DNA of 64,000 bases from an uncultured Rikenellaceae bacterium (GTDB lineage: Bacteria > Bacteroidota > Bacteroidia > Bacteroidales > VadinHA17): NCBI GenBank assembly GCA_964399575.1, contig CAYNRI010000003.1:8-64007 (forward strand). The letters are read 5' to 3'. The notes below the pieces were generated by a model that was not told where the DNA came from, made no database searches, and saw only the letters and a program-made list of their open reading frames with translations. The position numbers and the translations under genes were made by a program. This document shows, piece after piece, positions 49,636 to 59,119 of this stretch (its first letter is position 1; each line of letters starts with the position of its first letter).

Positions 49636-50499
49636 ATGGAGAAAAAAACTGAGCTAATAACAAACAGTGACGGAAGTGTATTTCATCTGCATTTGCTTCC
49701 CGGGGATATCTCAGACAAAATAATTATTGTAGGAGATCCCGGTCGTGTTGATATGATCTCATCGATGCTGAATAATATAAGGGTCAGAAAAGAGAATCGT
49801 GAGTTCAGGACAGTAACAGGGTCATACGATCAGAATGAAATAACTGTCATTTCATCGGGCATCGGAACTGACAATATTGATATCCTTGTAAATGAGCTTG
49901 ATGCACTTGTAAACATTGACCTTAATACAGGTAAGATAAAAGAGGATCCTATCTCCCTTACTCTCGTCAGACTTGGCACATCCGGCGGTTTAAGAAGTGA
50001 TATACCAGCCGGATCATTTGTTCTGACAGAAACGGCCATAGGTTTCGACGGACTTCTTCATTTTTATTCCGGTTATGACTGGATACTGGATACTCTCCTC
50101 TCAGATGTCCTTGCAGAATACCTTGAATGGCCGGATACTCTTTCATATCCATATGCAGTAAATGCAAATATGATGCTTCTTGAGAAATTCCGGTCTGAAA
50201 GGTTTATTAATGGTATCACTATTTCTGCTCCCGGTTTCTATGCACCCCAGGGAAGACAATTACGCCTTGAGACTTTCGACAGTGAGATCAATAAAAAGTT
50301 ATCTGAATTTGAATTCAGAGGCCGCAGGATATGCAATTATGAAATGGAGAGTTCAGCAATATACAGCTTATCAGCCCTTTTAGGACACAAAGCCCTGACA
50401 ATATGTGCTGTCATTGCCAACAGGGTTAGCGGGGAATTTGTAAATGATTACAAACCCCTCATTAAGGAACTTGCAAAGATTGTGCTCCAAACAATCTGA
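49636..50499 (+). CDS. nucleoside phosphorylase (PNP/UDP family, uridine-phosphorylase-like)
   Basis: VGDPGRV, RLGTSGGL and YEMESSA motifs. Confidence 0.75.
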   Translation: MEKKTELITNSDGSVFHLHLLPGDISDKIIIVGDPGRVDMISSMLNNIRVRKENREFRTVTGSYDQNEITVISSGIGTDNIDILVNELDALVNIDLNTGKIKEDPISLTLVRLGTSGGLRSDIPAGSFVLTETAIGFDGLLHFYSGYDWILDTLLSDVLAEYLEWPDTLSYPYAVNANMMLLEKFRSERFINGITISAPGFYAPQGRQLRLETFDSEINKKLSEFEFRGRRICNYEMESSAIYSLSALLGHKALTICAVIANRVSGEFVNDYKPLIKELAKIVLQTI

Positions 50500-50563
50500 T
50501 AATAATAGCAGCGTTAATTATTTTTCCTAAATTTGTTTTACTTTTTTTTATTTGATAATCAGT

Positions 50564-51553
50564 ATGTCAAAGGAAATTGGATCAGAAAACAGAACCAGTG
50601 GTGACGAGATAGATCTTATAGATATTTTTTCACGCCTTGGCAGATCAGTCGTAAAGGGTTTTAAAGCATTATGGGATGGGTTCTTATACACATTTTTCTT
50701 CCTGATAAGGAATATGATCTGGCTTGGGATAGGTCTTTTCATTGGAGTAGCTGCTTCATATCTCATAAAGCTTTCTGCTGAAAAATTCTACTCATCAGAT
50801 ATAATATTAAGAAGCAATACAATTTCTAACGCTGACATAATCAGTTATATAAACAAGCTCCATACCTTCTGTGTGGAAAAGAACTATGCTGAGCTGGCTT
50901 CATCCTTGTCGGTTCCACAGGAAGAGGTTAAAAATATAAAAGATATTCAGGCATTCTGGTTTATTGACCTCGGATCTGACGAAATACCTGATTATGTCGA
51001 TTTTCGGGGAAAATATAATGTTCTTGATACAGTAAATATAAGGATGAGTGACAGGTTCCTTATAAGGGTAAAAACAAGTGTTCCCCAGAACCTTTCCAAA
51101 ATCAGGGAGGGGATCTTTTCATATATCGGTAAGAACCAGTTCTTCAGTGAACAGAATGAATTAAGGCTGAAACAGGCTGATGCACTGCTGGCACGCATTG
51201 ACTATGAAGTTGAGCAGCTTGACAGTTTGCAGAAAGTGAAATACTTTGAGGAATCAAGACGTCTGATTCCGAAAGAAGGGGGACAGATGATTTTTCTGCA
51301 GGACTTTCAGACACAATTATTGCACGAGGACATAAATCAGCTCATAACACGGAGGCAGGAACTTGAGCGTATAAGGACTATCTATCCGGAACTTATAACT
51401 CTTTTGAGCGATTTCACTCCACCGATAAAACCGAAGAATGGAACTCTTTATTATGGAAAATACCTTATTCCCCTGTTCTTTGTTATTTCAATTATACTCA
51501 TCATACTGATCAGAAACAGGGCAAGACTGGCAGAAGCATATAGAAAGTATTAA
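50564..51553 (+). CDS. Wzz-like polysaccharide chain-length determinant candidate
   Basis: The N-terminus DEIDLIDIF is followed by a TM helix, a periplasmic coiled-coil-rich region and a C-terminal TM helix (LIPLFFVISIILIILI). It lies next to the polysaccharide locus. ATG at 50564. Confidence 0.5.
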   Translation: MSKEIGSENRTSGDEIDLIDIFSRLGRSVVKGFKALWDGFLYTFFFLIRNMIWLGIGLFIGVAASYLIKLSAEKFYSSDIILRSNTISNADIISYINKLHTFCVEKNYAELASSLSVPQEEVKNIKDIQAFWFIDLGSDEIPDYVDFRGKYNVLDTVNIRMSDRFLIRVKTSVPQNLSKIREGIFSYIGKNQFFSEQNELRLKQADALLARIDYEVEQLDSLQKVKYFEESRRLIPKEGGQMIFLQDFQTQLLHEDINQLITRRQELERIRTIYPELITLLSDFTPPIKPKNGTLYYGKYLIPLFFVISIILIILIRNRARLAEAYRKY

Positions 51554-51592
51554 GGGGAATCTGCCTGGGAACATCGTCTGGCTGACCTGACT

Positions 51593-52684
51593 TTAAGCAG
51601 AGTGCTTGTTGTTCTTTATTGAAAGGGCCAGAAGAAGAGACAGGGTAACACACATTAAAAGCAGAAAGAGGATCAGTATTGTGTTACCAAGGGATCGCAG
51701 AAAAAGTACAGCCAGTATCAGCACAAAATTTACAAAGACGATAACAAATGTAGCTTTCAGGTGGGATCCGGATAAAAGAAGAACCTGGTGATGAATGTGG
51801 TTATGGTCGCCTATGAACGGGGATCTGCCATGTATGATCCTGACGAAGACAATCCTGAAAATATCAAAGACCGGAACAATAAGAATCGACAGGGCAAGAG
51901 ATGGTGCAATATCTGAGATACTTTTTGTTGAATTTACAGAGTCAAGTTCCAGAGACCTTATCAGAAAAACTGCAAGAAGAAATCCGATAACCATCGATCC
52001 CGTATCACCCAGAAAAATCTTATATCTAATGCTGAAGACGTTATACCAGAAGAATGCTATAAGAGATCCTGTCAGAGAAAAACAGATTACAGCATAAGAG
52101 ATCTGGTTGATAAAAATAAACCAGATCCCGAAAGATAAAGAGGCAATAATGCCAATGCCTGCAGCAAGGCCGTCAATACCATCAATGAAGTTCAGGCTGT
52201 TGATAAGTGTCATTGCCAACATGATTGAAGCAATAACACTTATGAGGTTACATGTTTCCTGAGATCCTAAGAATTCACAGTTCAGGTTGATCCTGATGCC
52301 TCCGAAAATTACAAGTATTATACAAGCCAGGATCTGTCCGGCAGCTTTTTTGAAGTATACAAGGGAAATTATGTCATCTTTTAGTCCTATAAAAAACAGC
52401 ACGAGTAATCCGGCAATTATATATTTCAGTTCAACTGATTTTTCAAGGCCTGTAAAAAGCACTGACGATATTATAATACCGGCAAAGATCATAGTTCCGC
52501 CAAGTCGCGGAATAGGTTCAATATGAGATGCCCGCATACCGGGAATATCGTAAAGGTTCTTTATTCTTGCTATTTTAGATACTGATGGAATACCGAAAAA
52601 AGTTATCATGAATGAAATAACGAATCCTGTTATCAAAATTAACCATGAGGGAAAATCAACGAATATCAATCCGGAATAGAACAT
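51593..52684 (-). CDS. MraY/WecA-family (GT4 polyprenyl-phosphate) sugar-1-phosphate transferase, initiating enzyme
   Basis: About 11 TM helices with the motifs NLYDIPG, GLKDD, NFIDGIDGLA and GDTGS. Confidence 0.85.
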   Translation of the reverse strand: MFYSGLIFVDFPSWLILITGFVISFMITFFGIPSVSKIARIKNLYDIPGMRASHIEPIPRLGGTMIFAGIIISSVLFTGLEKSVELKYIIAGLLVLFFIGLKDDIISLVYFKKAAGQILACIILVIFGGIRINLNCEFLGSQETCNLISVIASIMLAMTLINSLNFIDGIDGLAAGIGIIASLSFGIWFIFINQISYAVICFSLTGSLIAFFWYNVFSIRYKIFLGDTGSMVIGFLLAVFLIRSLELDSVNSTKSISDIAPSLALSILIVPVFDIFRIVFVRIIHGRSPFIGDHNHIHHQVLLLSGSHLKATFVIVFVNFVLILAVLFLRSLGNTILILFLLLMCVTLSLLLALSIKNNKHSA

Positions 52685-52766
52685 AAATCAAATTTAAGAT
52701 ATTTTTCAGGCATCTAAAAAAATTAGTAAATCTGATGTACTTTATTTTAGAACAATAATTAAACGC

Positions 52767-54080
52767 TTATTCAGGCTTAATATTTTCTTCCGGGGTCTGT
52801 TTGGGTATCGCAAGGATAAAATAGAAAAGCAGGAAGAACATTATGCCCCACTGGCGGTTGAACATTGATTCGAAAAAAAGGAAAAACGACATAATCAGTA
52901 TAAAAGCTGTTGCCAGCCGGGGGTACATGATCTTTTTTCTGAATATCAGCGGTGCCAGAAGCATTAAAAGCAGAGAGGCAGAACCTGCAATTCCGAATGT
53001 CATCTGCGCTTCAAGAAACTGATTGTGGGCATTCAGCTTCAGGGACGCTTCATCATTGAAACCGTTTTTCAGGTATTCCTGTACTAGTCTTTCCTCTGCT
53101 TTTGCAAATCCGGTTCCGGTTAGTGGCTCTTCTCTTATTATCTGAAAGGCTGAGTACCATTCGCGGGTCCGTTGATCTATATTCCTGAGATCAGGATTTT
53201 CGATAAGAAGACTGTTTTTTATTTCAGTAAAGTACACATTGATTCTGTTAATCCGTAATGATAAAAATACTGTCAAACATATCATTATAATTATGAGCCC
53301 GGCAGGAAAAACCTGTTTGCTGATGCCTCTCCTTAACGTCAGAAACCATGTTATCATGAGAATGATTACAAGAATCGCCAGACCAGCTTTAGACGCTGCG
53401 AAAACAAGGGCTGCAGAGAACAGAATTATAATAAGTGCTGCATGTATTTTACTGAATGCAGTAATACTTCGGAAAAATGCAAGAAAAATTATTGCCCAGT
53501 TAAGCTTAAGAGCGAAGTATGTTGGATGTTCAAAGATTGAAAAACCAAGCGAGAAAAAAGAAGGATCGTGCTGATTCAGCCACGTAAAAAAACTGACATT
53601 ACCAGGATATTCATCAGAGATAATTAAAAGTATTCTGCCAAGCTGGTATAATGAAATTACTATAAGTCCGGCTATAAATGCTGTTAAAGCATAAGACTTT
53701 TTAACGCGTACTTTGCTGCTTAAAAAGACCGGAAAACCCAAAAGCGGAACAAGCAGAAACATTAATCTGCCTTCAAGAATTGAAATATCAGACTTCTGGT
53801 ATAATACACTTGTAAAATGGATTATGAAATAAAGTATCGGAGGCAACAACAGGTAATACCACCTAAGAAATCTGCGTGAAATGTTCCGAAAATCGTTTAG
53901 CCACATCATCAGTCCGGCAAATAGCATTAATCCAAGGGAATACAGAGACCAAGAACGGGGAAATGAGAGCAGGAAAAGAGTGATGCACAGACACCAGAAA
54001 CCAGCCTCTGATGCATAAATCCTTACTTTATTCCTGATTGCCTCCATTGTTATTTGTTTAACAGGCTGATGACACTTCAA
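52767..54080 (-). CDS. O-antigen ligase / Wzy_C-domain membrane protein
   Basis: Multi-pass membrane protein with a large late periplasmic loop and AHNQFLEAQMTFGIAG (a ligase-type H-N-x-x-L-E motif). Confidence 0.65.
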   Translation of the reverse strand: MKCHQPVKQITMEAIRNKVRIYASEAGFWCLCITLFLLSFPRSWSLYSLGLMLFAGLMMWLNDFRNISRRFLRWYYLLLPPILYFIIHFTSVLYQKSDISILEGRLMFLLVPLLGFPVFLSSKVRVKKSYALTAFIAGLIVISLYQLGRILLIISDEYPGNVSFFTWLNQHDPSFFSLGFSIFEHPTYFALKLNWAIIFLAFFRSITAFSKIHAALIIILFSAALVFAASKAGLAILVIILMITWFLTLRRGISKQVFPAGLIIIMICLTVFLSLRINRINVYFTEIKNSLLIENPDLRNIDQRTREWYSAFQIIREEPLTGTGFAKAEERLVQEYLKNGFNDEASLKLNAHNQFLEAQMTFGIAGSASLLLMLLAPLIFRKKIMYPRLATAFILIMSFFLFFESMFNRQWGIMFFLLFYFILAIPKQTPEENIKPE

Positions 54081-55222
54081 CGGTAATATTTCTCGAGTTC
54101 CTTCCAGAGTAAAAGGTTGTCAAAATTATGTCTGACGAATTCTCTTCCCGCCTTTCCTGCCAATCTTGCCCTTTCCGGATCTATTATAAAATATTCAATA
54201 CCTTCCGCAATTGACTGAGGATTAATGAGTATATATCTTCCTGTAACATTTTCAATTATGGCATCTATACATCCTGTTGCCCTTGTGGTCAAAACTGGAA
54301 TTTCCATAGCACTTGCCTCGATAACACTTATGCCAAAGCCTTCCCTGTATGATGGAAGCACATAGATATTCATCATCGAATAAAAGTAATTAATATTTTC
54401 TCTTACATAGCCTGTAAGGATAATGTCCCTGTCAGAATTTATCTTTTCCAGTGTCGACTGTGGTAACCTGTCCCTGTTTTCCAGAAAGCCGACTAGCATA
54501 ATTATAAATCTATTACCGGGATTACGCGACCTGAGTATATCAAGTGAATCAACAAGTTCCTTAATTCCCTTATCAGGAACAATCCTGCCGCAGAATCCGA
54601 TAACAACATCGCAGGTTCTGATTTTATATTGTTCTCTTAGAACCATCAGATCATCATGTCTGATAACTGCAGGGTTAAAAACTTTGCGCGTATCAATACC
54701 ACCGCAGGTACCGCGGCCGAGGATAGTTTGCTTCCCGGCAGGATTTAACCTGTCTCTCAGACTTACCCTTGCTACTGACGGGCTGACACAAATTATCAAC
54801 GTGGAAAAATATGCTGAAACCCTTTCAGCTAATATCAGTATTTCCCGTGCAATACCACGCCTGGTTTCATAAACAAGTCCATGCCTGAAGTATATTCTTA
54901 CCGGAGTTCTTCTGAGCCACCCGGCAATCATTGCAAGCAGTGCTCCCTTTGGTGTATGACCCACCACTATTCCTATCCTGTTCCTTTTTATATATCGGTA
55001 TATTGTAATAAGAGCTTTAATATCCTTCAGAAGAGTATAGGTTCTGGTTATTTCTAAAGTTTCATATTTAAACTGCATGTCGCGGCTGTACTTTTCAAGA
55101 AATTCCGAGTCAGGACAAATAAGATGCAGTTCGTGACCTTTTTCCCTGAAATAAAGAAATTGTCCACCAATGAAATAGGGAACTGCAAAATATGTGTTTA
55201 CAACATGTAGTATTGAAGCCAT
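54077..55222 (-). CDS. glycosyltransferase, GT4 family (Glycos_transf_1)
   Basis: C-terminal EGFGISVIEASAMEIPVLTT (the E-x7-E region). Confidence 0.85.
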   Translation of the reverse strand: MASILHVVNTYFAVPYFIGGQFLYFREKGHELHLICPDSEFLEKYSRDMQFKYETLEITRTYTLLKDIKALITIYRYIKRNRIGIVVGHTPKGALLAMIAGWLRRTPVRIYFRHGLVYETRRGIAREILILAERVSAYFSTLIICVSPSVARVSLRDRLNPAGKQTILGRGTCGGIDTRKVFNPAVIRHDDLMVLREQYKIRTCDVVIGFCGRIVPDKGIKELVDSLDILRSRNPGNRFIIMLVGFLENRDRLPQSTLEKINSDRDIILTGYVRENINYFYSMMNIYVLPSYREGFGISVIEASAMEIPVLTTRATGCIDAIIENVTGRYILINPQSIAEGIEYFIIDPERARLAGKAGREFVRHNFDNLLLWKELEKYYR

Positions 55223-55231
55223 CTTTTCATC

Positions 55232-56104
55232 TTATCTCCGGTCAGAAATGATCTTTTGCAGTAAAGCCTGATAATTATCCAGCTGATTTTGGTCAAGTCT
55301 CGTATTTCTTCTGGCTATCAGAGAACCTGAAAAACTCAATTTACTCATAATGAAGTATATAATACTCTTCAGGCGACAGGTTACACTAAGTCTTCTGAAC
55401 TGACTATTCGTTATTTGATTACTGGTATAAAGAATTTTATATATTTTTCTCAAAACTCTCTGGCGATTAAGATAAGTTCCTACAGATACAGAAGGAGGAT
55501 CGCGGTAAAACATCAATGGAAATGACATAATATGGAACCTCGATTCCTTTACTGTTGTGTTCCAGAGATAATAATCCTCTACTCCCGAAAGTCCATCGGT
55601 ATAGGGATGGGATACGAACCATTCTGTCTTTCCGCAGACTGTCGGATGAATAAATAAAATTTCCTTCAATATTGTTTTAGAAGTAAAGTCCGGATTACTA
55701 TGCCTGTACCCTATCACCTTATTTTTTTCGTCGATAACAACAGCTTCAGTACCGACAACATCTGCATCAGGGTGTTCAGTAAGGTAGTTCACCTGTTTCG
55801 CAATCCTCTCGGGAAACATTATATCATCTGCATCCATTCTTGCAAAATAGCGCCCCCTGGCTAAGCTGACCTGTTGATTGAGCCTGTAAGGTATTCCTCT
55901 GTTTGTATCATCAATAATCAGTTTGATCCTCGGGTCATTATATCTCAGGGCTATTTCGGCAGATTCGTCCGATGAGCCATCCGATGTGATTATAAGCTCG
56001 AATTTACCAAATGTCTGTGCCAGAACAGAATCTATGGCATAGTTCAGATATTTTCCGGCATTATAAACCGGTATCCCAATACTGACGATCACATCATTAT
56101 CCAT
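55232..56104 (-). CDS. glycosyltransferase family 2
   Basis: VSIGIPVYNAGKYL, SDGSSDES and RMDADD motifs. Confidence 0.85.
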   Translation of the reverse strand: MDNDVIVSIGIPVYNAGKYLNYAIDSVLAQTFGKFELIITSDGSSDESAEIALRYNDPRIKLIIDDTNRGIPYRLNQQVSLARGRYFARMDADDIMFPERIAKQVNYLTEHPDADVVGTEAVVIDEKNKVIGYRHSNPDFTSKTILKEILFIHPTVCGKTEWFVSHPYTDGLSGVEDYYLWNTTVKESRFHIMSFPLMFYRDPPSVSVGTYLNRQRVLRKIYKILYTSNQITNSQFRRLSVTCRLKSIIYFIMSKLSFSGSLIARRNTRLDQNQLDNYQALLQKIISDRR

Positions 56105-56958
56105 GAGGCAGGTATTAGATCACTGATTTCGAATCCTGTTTTATTCAGATACCATTTCCCCGGTGCAATTACAATTTTTTTACAATAGTCACCCAGAAAG
56201 GCTGCCCACCAGCTGAATGTGCTGTTGGCAATAATGAAATGCCTGCATTGCCGCAGAAGGAAATTATCAATACAATCCGATGGAGACATATTGTGAATTA
56301 TAAATCTTGTCGAAGCAGGCATAAAAATAAAATTTCGTTTTACCCATTCAATATCGTCCGAAAATACAAAGAAGACCGGATCCCTGATCACTTCCTGTAA
56401 TCTGTTTACAGCGTTTATGTAATATTGGTCCTCACATCTGTTATACACTGATTTGCCCTTTTCAGACAGATAGTCTCCCCTCCTTACATGAATACCCACT
56501 GACTGACAATTACTTATTTCATTCATCAAATCTGCCGGCAAGTTCACTGATTGTTTCAAAGTCAGTTCTTTTTTAAGCAGATTTGCAATTTGAATGAAGT
56601 AGCGGTATGATTGCCAGTATCCGTCGAAACACAGAGGGTATGGAACTTCAAATTCCGTATAGCCGGATCCCTTTTCAATCATTATTCCCGGATGGATGAA
56701 CTGAAAAAGAGAAGTAAGCTTTCTTTCTGCGCGCACCATCAGGTTATTCCCATAACAGCGGTAAATTTTTTTTATGGCTTCCGGTTGCAGAAATGAGATA
56801 TCCGCATCAAAATTAGTTATTGACATATTTCCGGGCTTCTTTTCCTTTTCAAGCATGTAAAAACAGAGGTCTTCTCCGGTTTTCAAGGCAAGAGCCCTGC
56901 CAAAGGAATACTGAAAGAATTGATTTCCAAGCCCACCCCAGAACCTTACAGCTATCAT
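56089..56958 (-). CDS. alpha-1,2-fucosyltransferase (GT11)
   Basis: GGLGNQFFQYSFGRALA, HVRRGDY and SNSTFSWWAAFL are the three GT11 signature blocks. Confidence 0.85.
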   Translation of the reverse strand: MIAVRFWGGLGNQFFQYSFGRALALKTGEDLCFYMLEKEKKPGNMSITNFDADISFLQPEAIKKIYRCYGNNLMVRAERKLTSLFQFIHPGIMIEKGSGYTEFEVPYPLCFDGYWQSYRYFIQIANLLKKELTLKQSVNLPADLMNEISNCQSVGIHVRRGDYLSEKGKSVYNRCEDQYYINAVNRLQEVIRDPVFFVFSDDIEWVKRNFIFMPASTRFIIHNMSPSDCIDNFLLRQCRHFIIANSTFSWWAAFLGDYCKKIVIAPGKWYLNKTGFEISDLIPASWIMM

Positions 56959-56963
56959 AGCTA

Positions 56964-57785
56964 TTATTTATAATACCATTTTAAAGTTTTTATAATAAAC
57001 ATGAACTTGTTTATCACCTTTTTCATCATTGATATTCCAGCCATTTTGTCAAATTCAGGACCTCCATGTATTACTTTGTTGAGAATGATTATTCGTGGAG
57101 TAAAAGGCAGCTTCCAGCCTTCAGGATATCCATACGAAGGATCCATTTCCAGGATTTCTCTGCCGATAAAATAACGGTTGAGATGCGATTCATCGTGATA
57201 GACAGCAATTATACCCTGTTTCAGATCATCCCTTATCCATCCGTCGCATTTTTCCGACAATTCATTGAATGCTTCTGTCCTTCCTCCAAAAAAGATACCC
57301 ATATAATACCTGTACCTGCTGTATTTGTGAGCAATCATAGCTTTTGAAGCAGGGTTTCTTTCATACGGGAACCAGAAATAATTTTTATTGAAATATCCCG
57401 GATGCAAAACACCCGTCAAACCTGAAATGTAATCATCAGGAAAAATCTCCTCATTCACAGGCGCAACAAAATTCAGATTTGAATTGAAAAAGAAGACATA
57501 ATCATAATCTTTAAGCCTGTCGCTTATTGAGTTAAACATCCTGAAACGAAGAAGTGAATCGATAGGGAATCCTTCATGTTTTTTGTATATTACTGTTATG
57601 TTCCCGTTTGCTGTAATGGAGTTGCTGTCGGTGAAAACAAAGTAGTGTTTATGATGCTTAGTGAGGAGAAATTCTTTTGAACTACTATAAAAGGTTTCCC
57701 AGAATATCTGATACTTTCCAGTACATATATATAGAATGGCGACTTTTCTAAAATATGTCCCTGTATTTTTTTTAACAGTTTTCAT
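56964..57785 (-). CDS. GT6-family glycosyltransferase (ABO histo-blood-group transferase homolog, bacterial NXN type)
   Basis: GVLHPGYF...FPYERNPASKA...YYMGIFFGGR...AVYHDESHLNRYF aligns block by block with the human GTA/GTB catalytic core. NSN (FFFNSNLNF) occupies the DXD position. Confidence 0.85.
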   Translation of the reverse strand: MKTVKKNTGTYFRKVAILYICTGKYQIFWETFYSSSKEFLLTKHHKHYFVFTDSNSITANGNITVIYKKHEGFPIDSLLRFRMFNSISDRLKDYDYVFFFNSNLNFVAPVNEEIFPDDYISGLTGVLHPGYFNKNYFWFPYERNPASKAMIAHKYSRYRYYMGIFFGGRTEAFNELSEKCDGWIRDDLKQGIIAVYHDESHLNRYFIGREILEMDPSYGYPEGWKLPFTPRIIILNKVIHGGPEFDKMAGISMMKKVINKFMFIIKTLKWYYK

Positions 57786-59119
57786 ACTGTTTTTAAGTTA
57801 TTTCTGAAAAAGTCGTTTATCATTAATTCTCTCCCCTTAAGATAAAATAAAATAATTAAGTCACTTATTATAAATGACAGCAGCATAGCATACGGAAGAG
57901 CCGTATAAACATGAGTATCTCTCATAATCAAAGTGATCACAACCATTATAACTGCAATTGCCATGTCGGCATATGTTCTTACCCATGGGTTTTTCCCCAC
58001 AATAACAAACTGACCTAGGATCATGTTGAGAGCAGAAAAAATTACGGTGATCAGGATTATCCTGTATGGTATTGCTGATGTTACCGGATCCAGATTATAT
58101 AACTGCAGTATTAATTTTTCAAAGATCAGACCTGCCAGTGCAAGAACAAAACATATTGATATAACCGTTGCCAGGCTGATCTTACTTACAGAACGCTTAG
58201 CAGCATGGTTTTTCTCACCGGCAATAATAGGTAACAGTACCCTTGAAATCTGCACTGGGAAAAATTGAATCATCGTCATGATCTGCCTGCAGACAAAAAC
58301 TACACCCAAAGCAGCAGCTCCGTTTATTTCATTAAAGATCAGTTTATTTGTAAGCCAGGTAGCGAGACTAATGAATAGTGAAGCAGTAAAAACAGGTAAT
58401 CCCAGATTCAAAATTCTCCTGATTATCAGGGATGAATATTTAAAACGGATCCGGATATCATATCGTTTCAGATTTTTCCTTATAAAATACTGATTTGTAA
58501 AGACACCCATAATACTTGATATAATATACCCTGTGAGAATTCCCGGCACTCCAAATCGTACTGCAAGAGGTAAAATAAGTGAAATTGATATTATTCCCTT
58601 AAGTGCATCTGTCTTCAAGAGGTCTTTATACGCTTCAAAACCAATCAGAATCCCAACCTGTAACATATCGAACGTCATAGAAAAAGTCCACACAATAACA
58701 ACAGCCATACTAAGGGATCTGGCAGAAGCATCCAGGTATATCTCCGGGAAAAAATAATCAGAAGTAAGAGCAGCTGTCAATCCGACAACTGTAAGAACTG
58801 CAGCTGACAGCATATAGGTATTCCCAATTAGAAGACCTGCATTGTTAGGAAATCTTGTACGGAATCGTGAGGTCAGTGCTATTGAAGAAATATTCTGTCC
58901 GAGCAAACCGAAGCTTGTAAGCAGTATTACCACACTCTGGATCACTGAAAAATGCCCCATACTGCTTTCTCCCACTTTCCTGGTAATAAAAACCAAGGTC
59001 AGAAAATTAAGTCCCTGTGAAAGAATAGCTGATATTGTGCTGATAAATAATGCATTATAGAAACGATTGTTTTCAGTCAATAGTTTTCTGATCCATGAAA
59101 TACTAAATACCGTTCTCAT
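57782..59119 (-). CDS. Wzx-type oligosaccharide flippase (MOP superfamily)
   Basis: 445 aa, about 12 TM helices, with typical position and size in the locus. Confidence 0.7.
   Translation of the reverse strand: MRTVFSISWIRKLLTENNRFYNALFISTISAILSQGLNFLTLVFITRKVGESSMGHFSVIQSVVILLTSFGLLGQNISSIALTSRFRTRFPNNAGLLIGNTYMLSAAVLTVVGLTAALTSDYFFPEIYLDASARSLSMAVVIVWTFSMTFDMLQVGILIGFEAYKDLLKTDALKGIISISLILPLAVRFGVPGILTGYIISSIMGVFTNQYFIRKNLKRYDIRIRFKYSSLIIRRILNLGLPVFTASLFISLATWLTNKLIFNEINGAAALGVVFVCRQIMTMIQFFPVQISRVLLPIIAGEKNHAAKRSVSKISLATVISICFVLALAGLIFEKLILQLYNLDPVTSAIPYRIILITVIFSALNMILGQFVIVGKNPWVRTYADMAIAVIMVVITLIMRDTHVYTALPYAMLLSFIISDLIILFYLKGRELMINDFFRNNLKTV

Noticed and set aside
54423-54872. 149-aa plus-strand ORF inside the GT4 glycosyltransferase gene, and similar ones inside permease, CHAT and GT genes (13725..14090, 26819..27220, 53239..53574)
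   Set aside because: All are antisense to genes with clear family motifs. None has a motif of its own.
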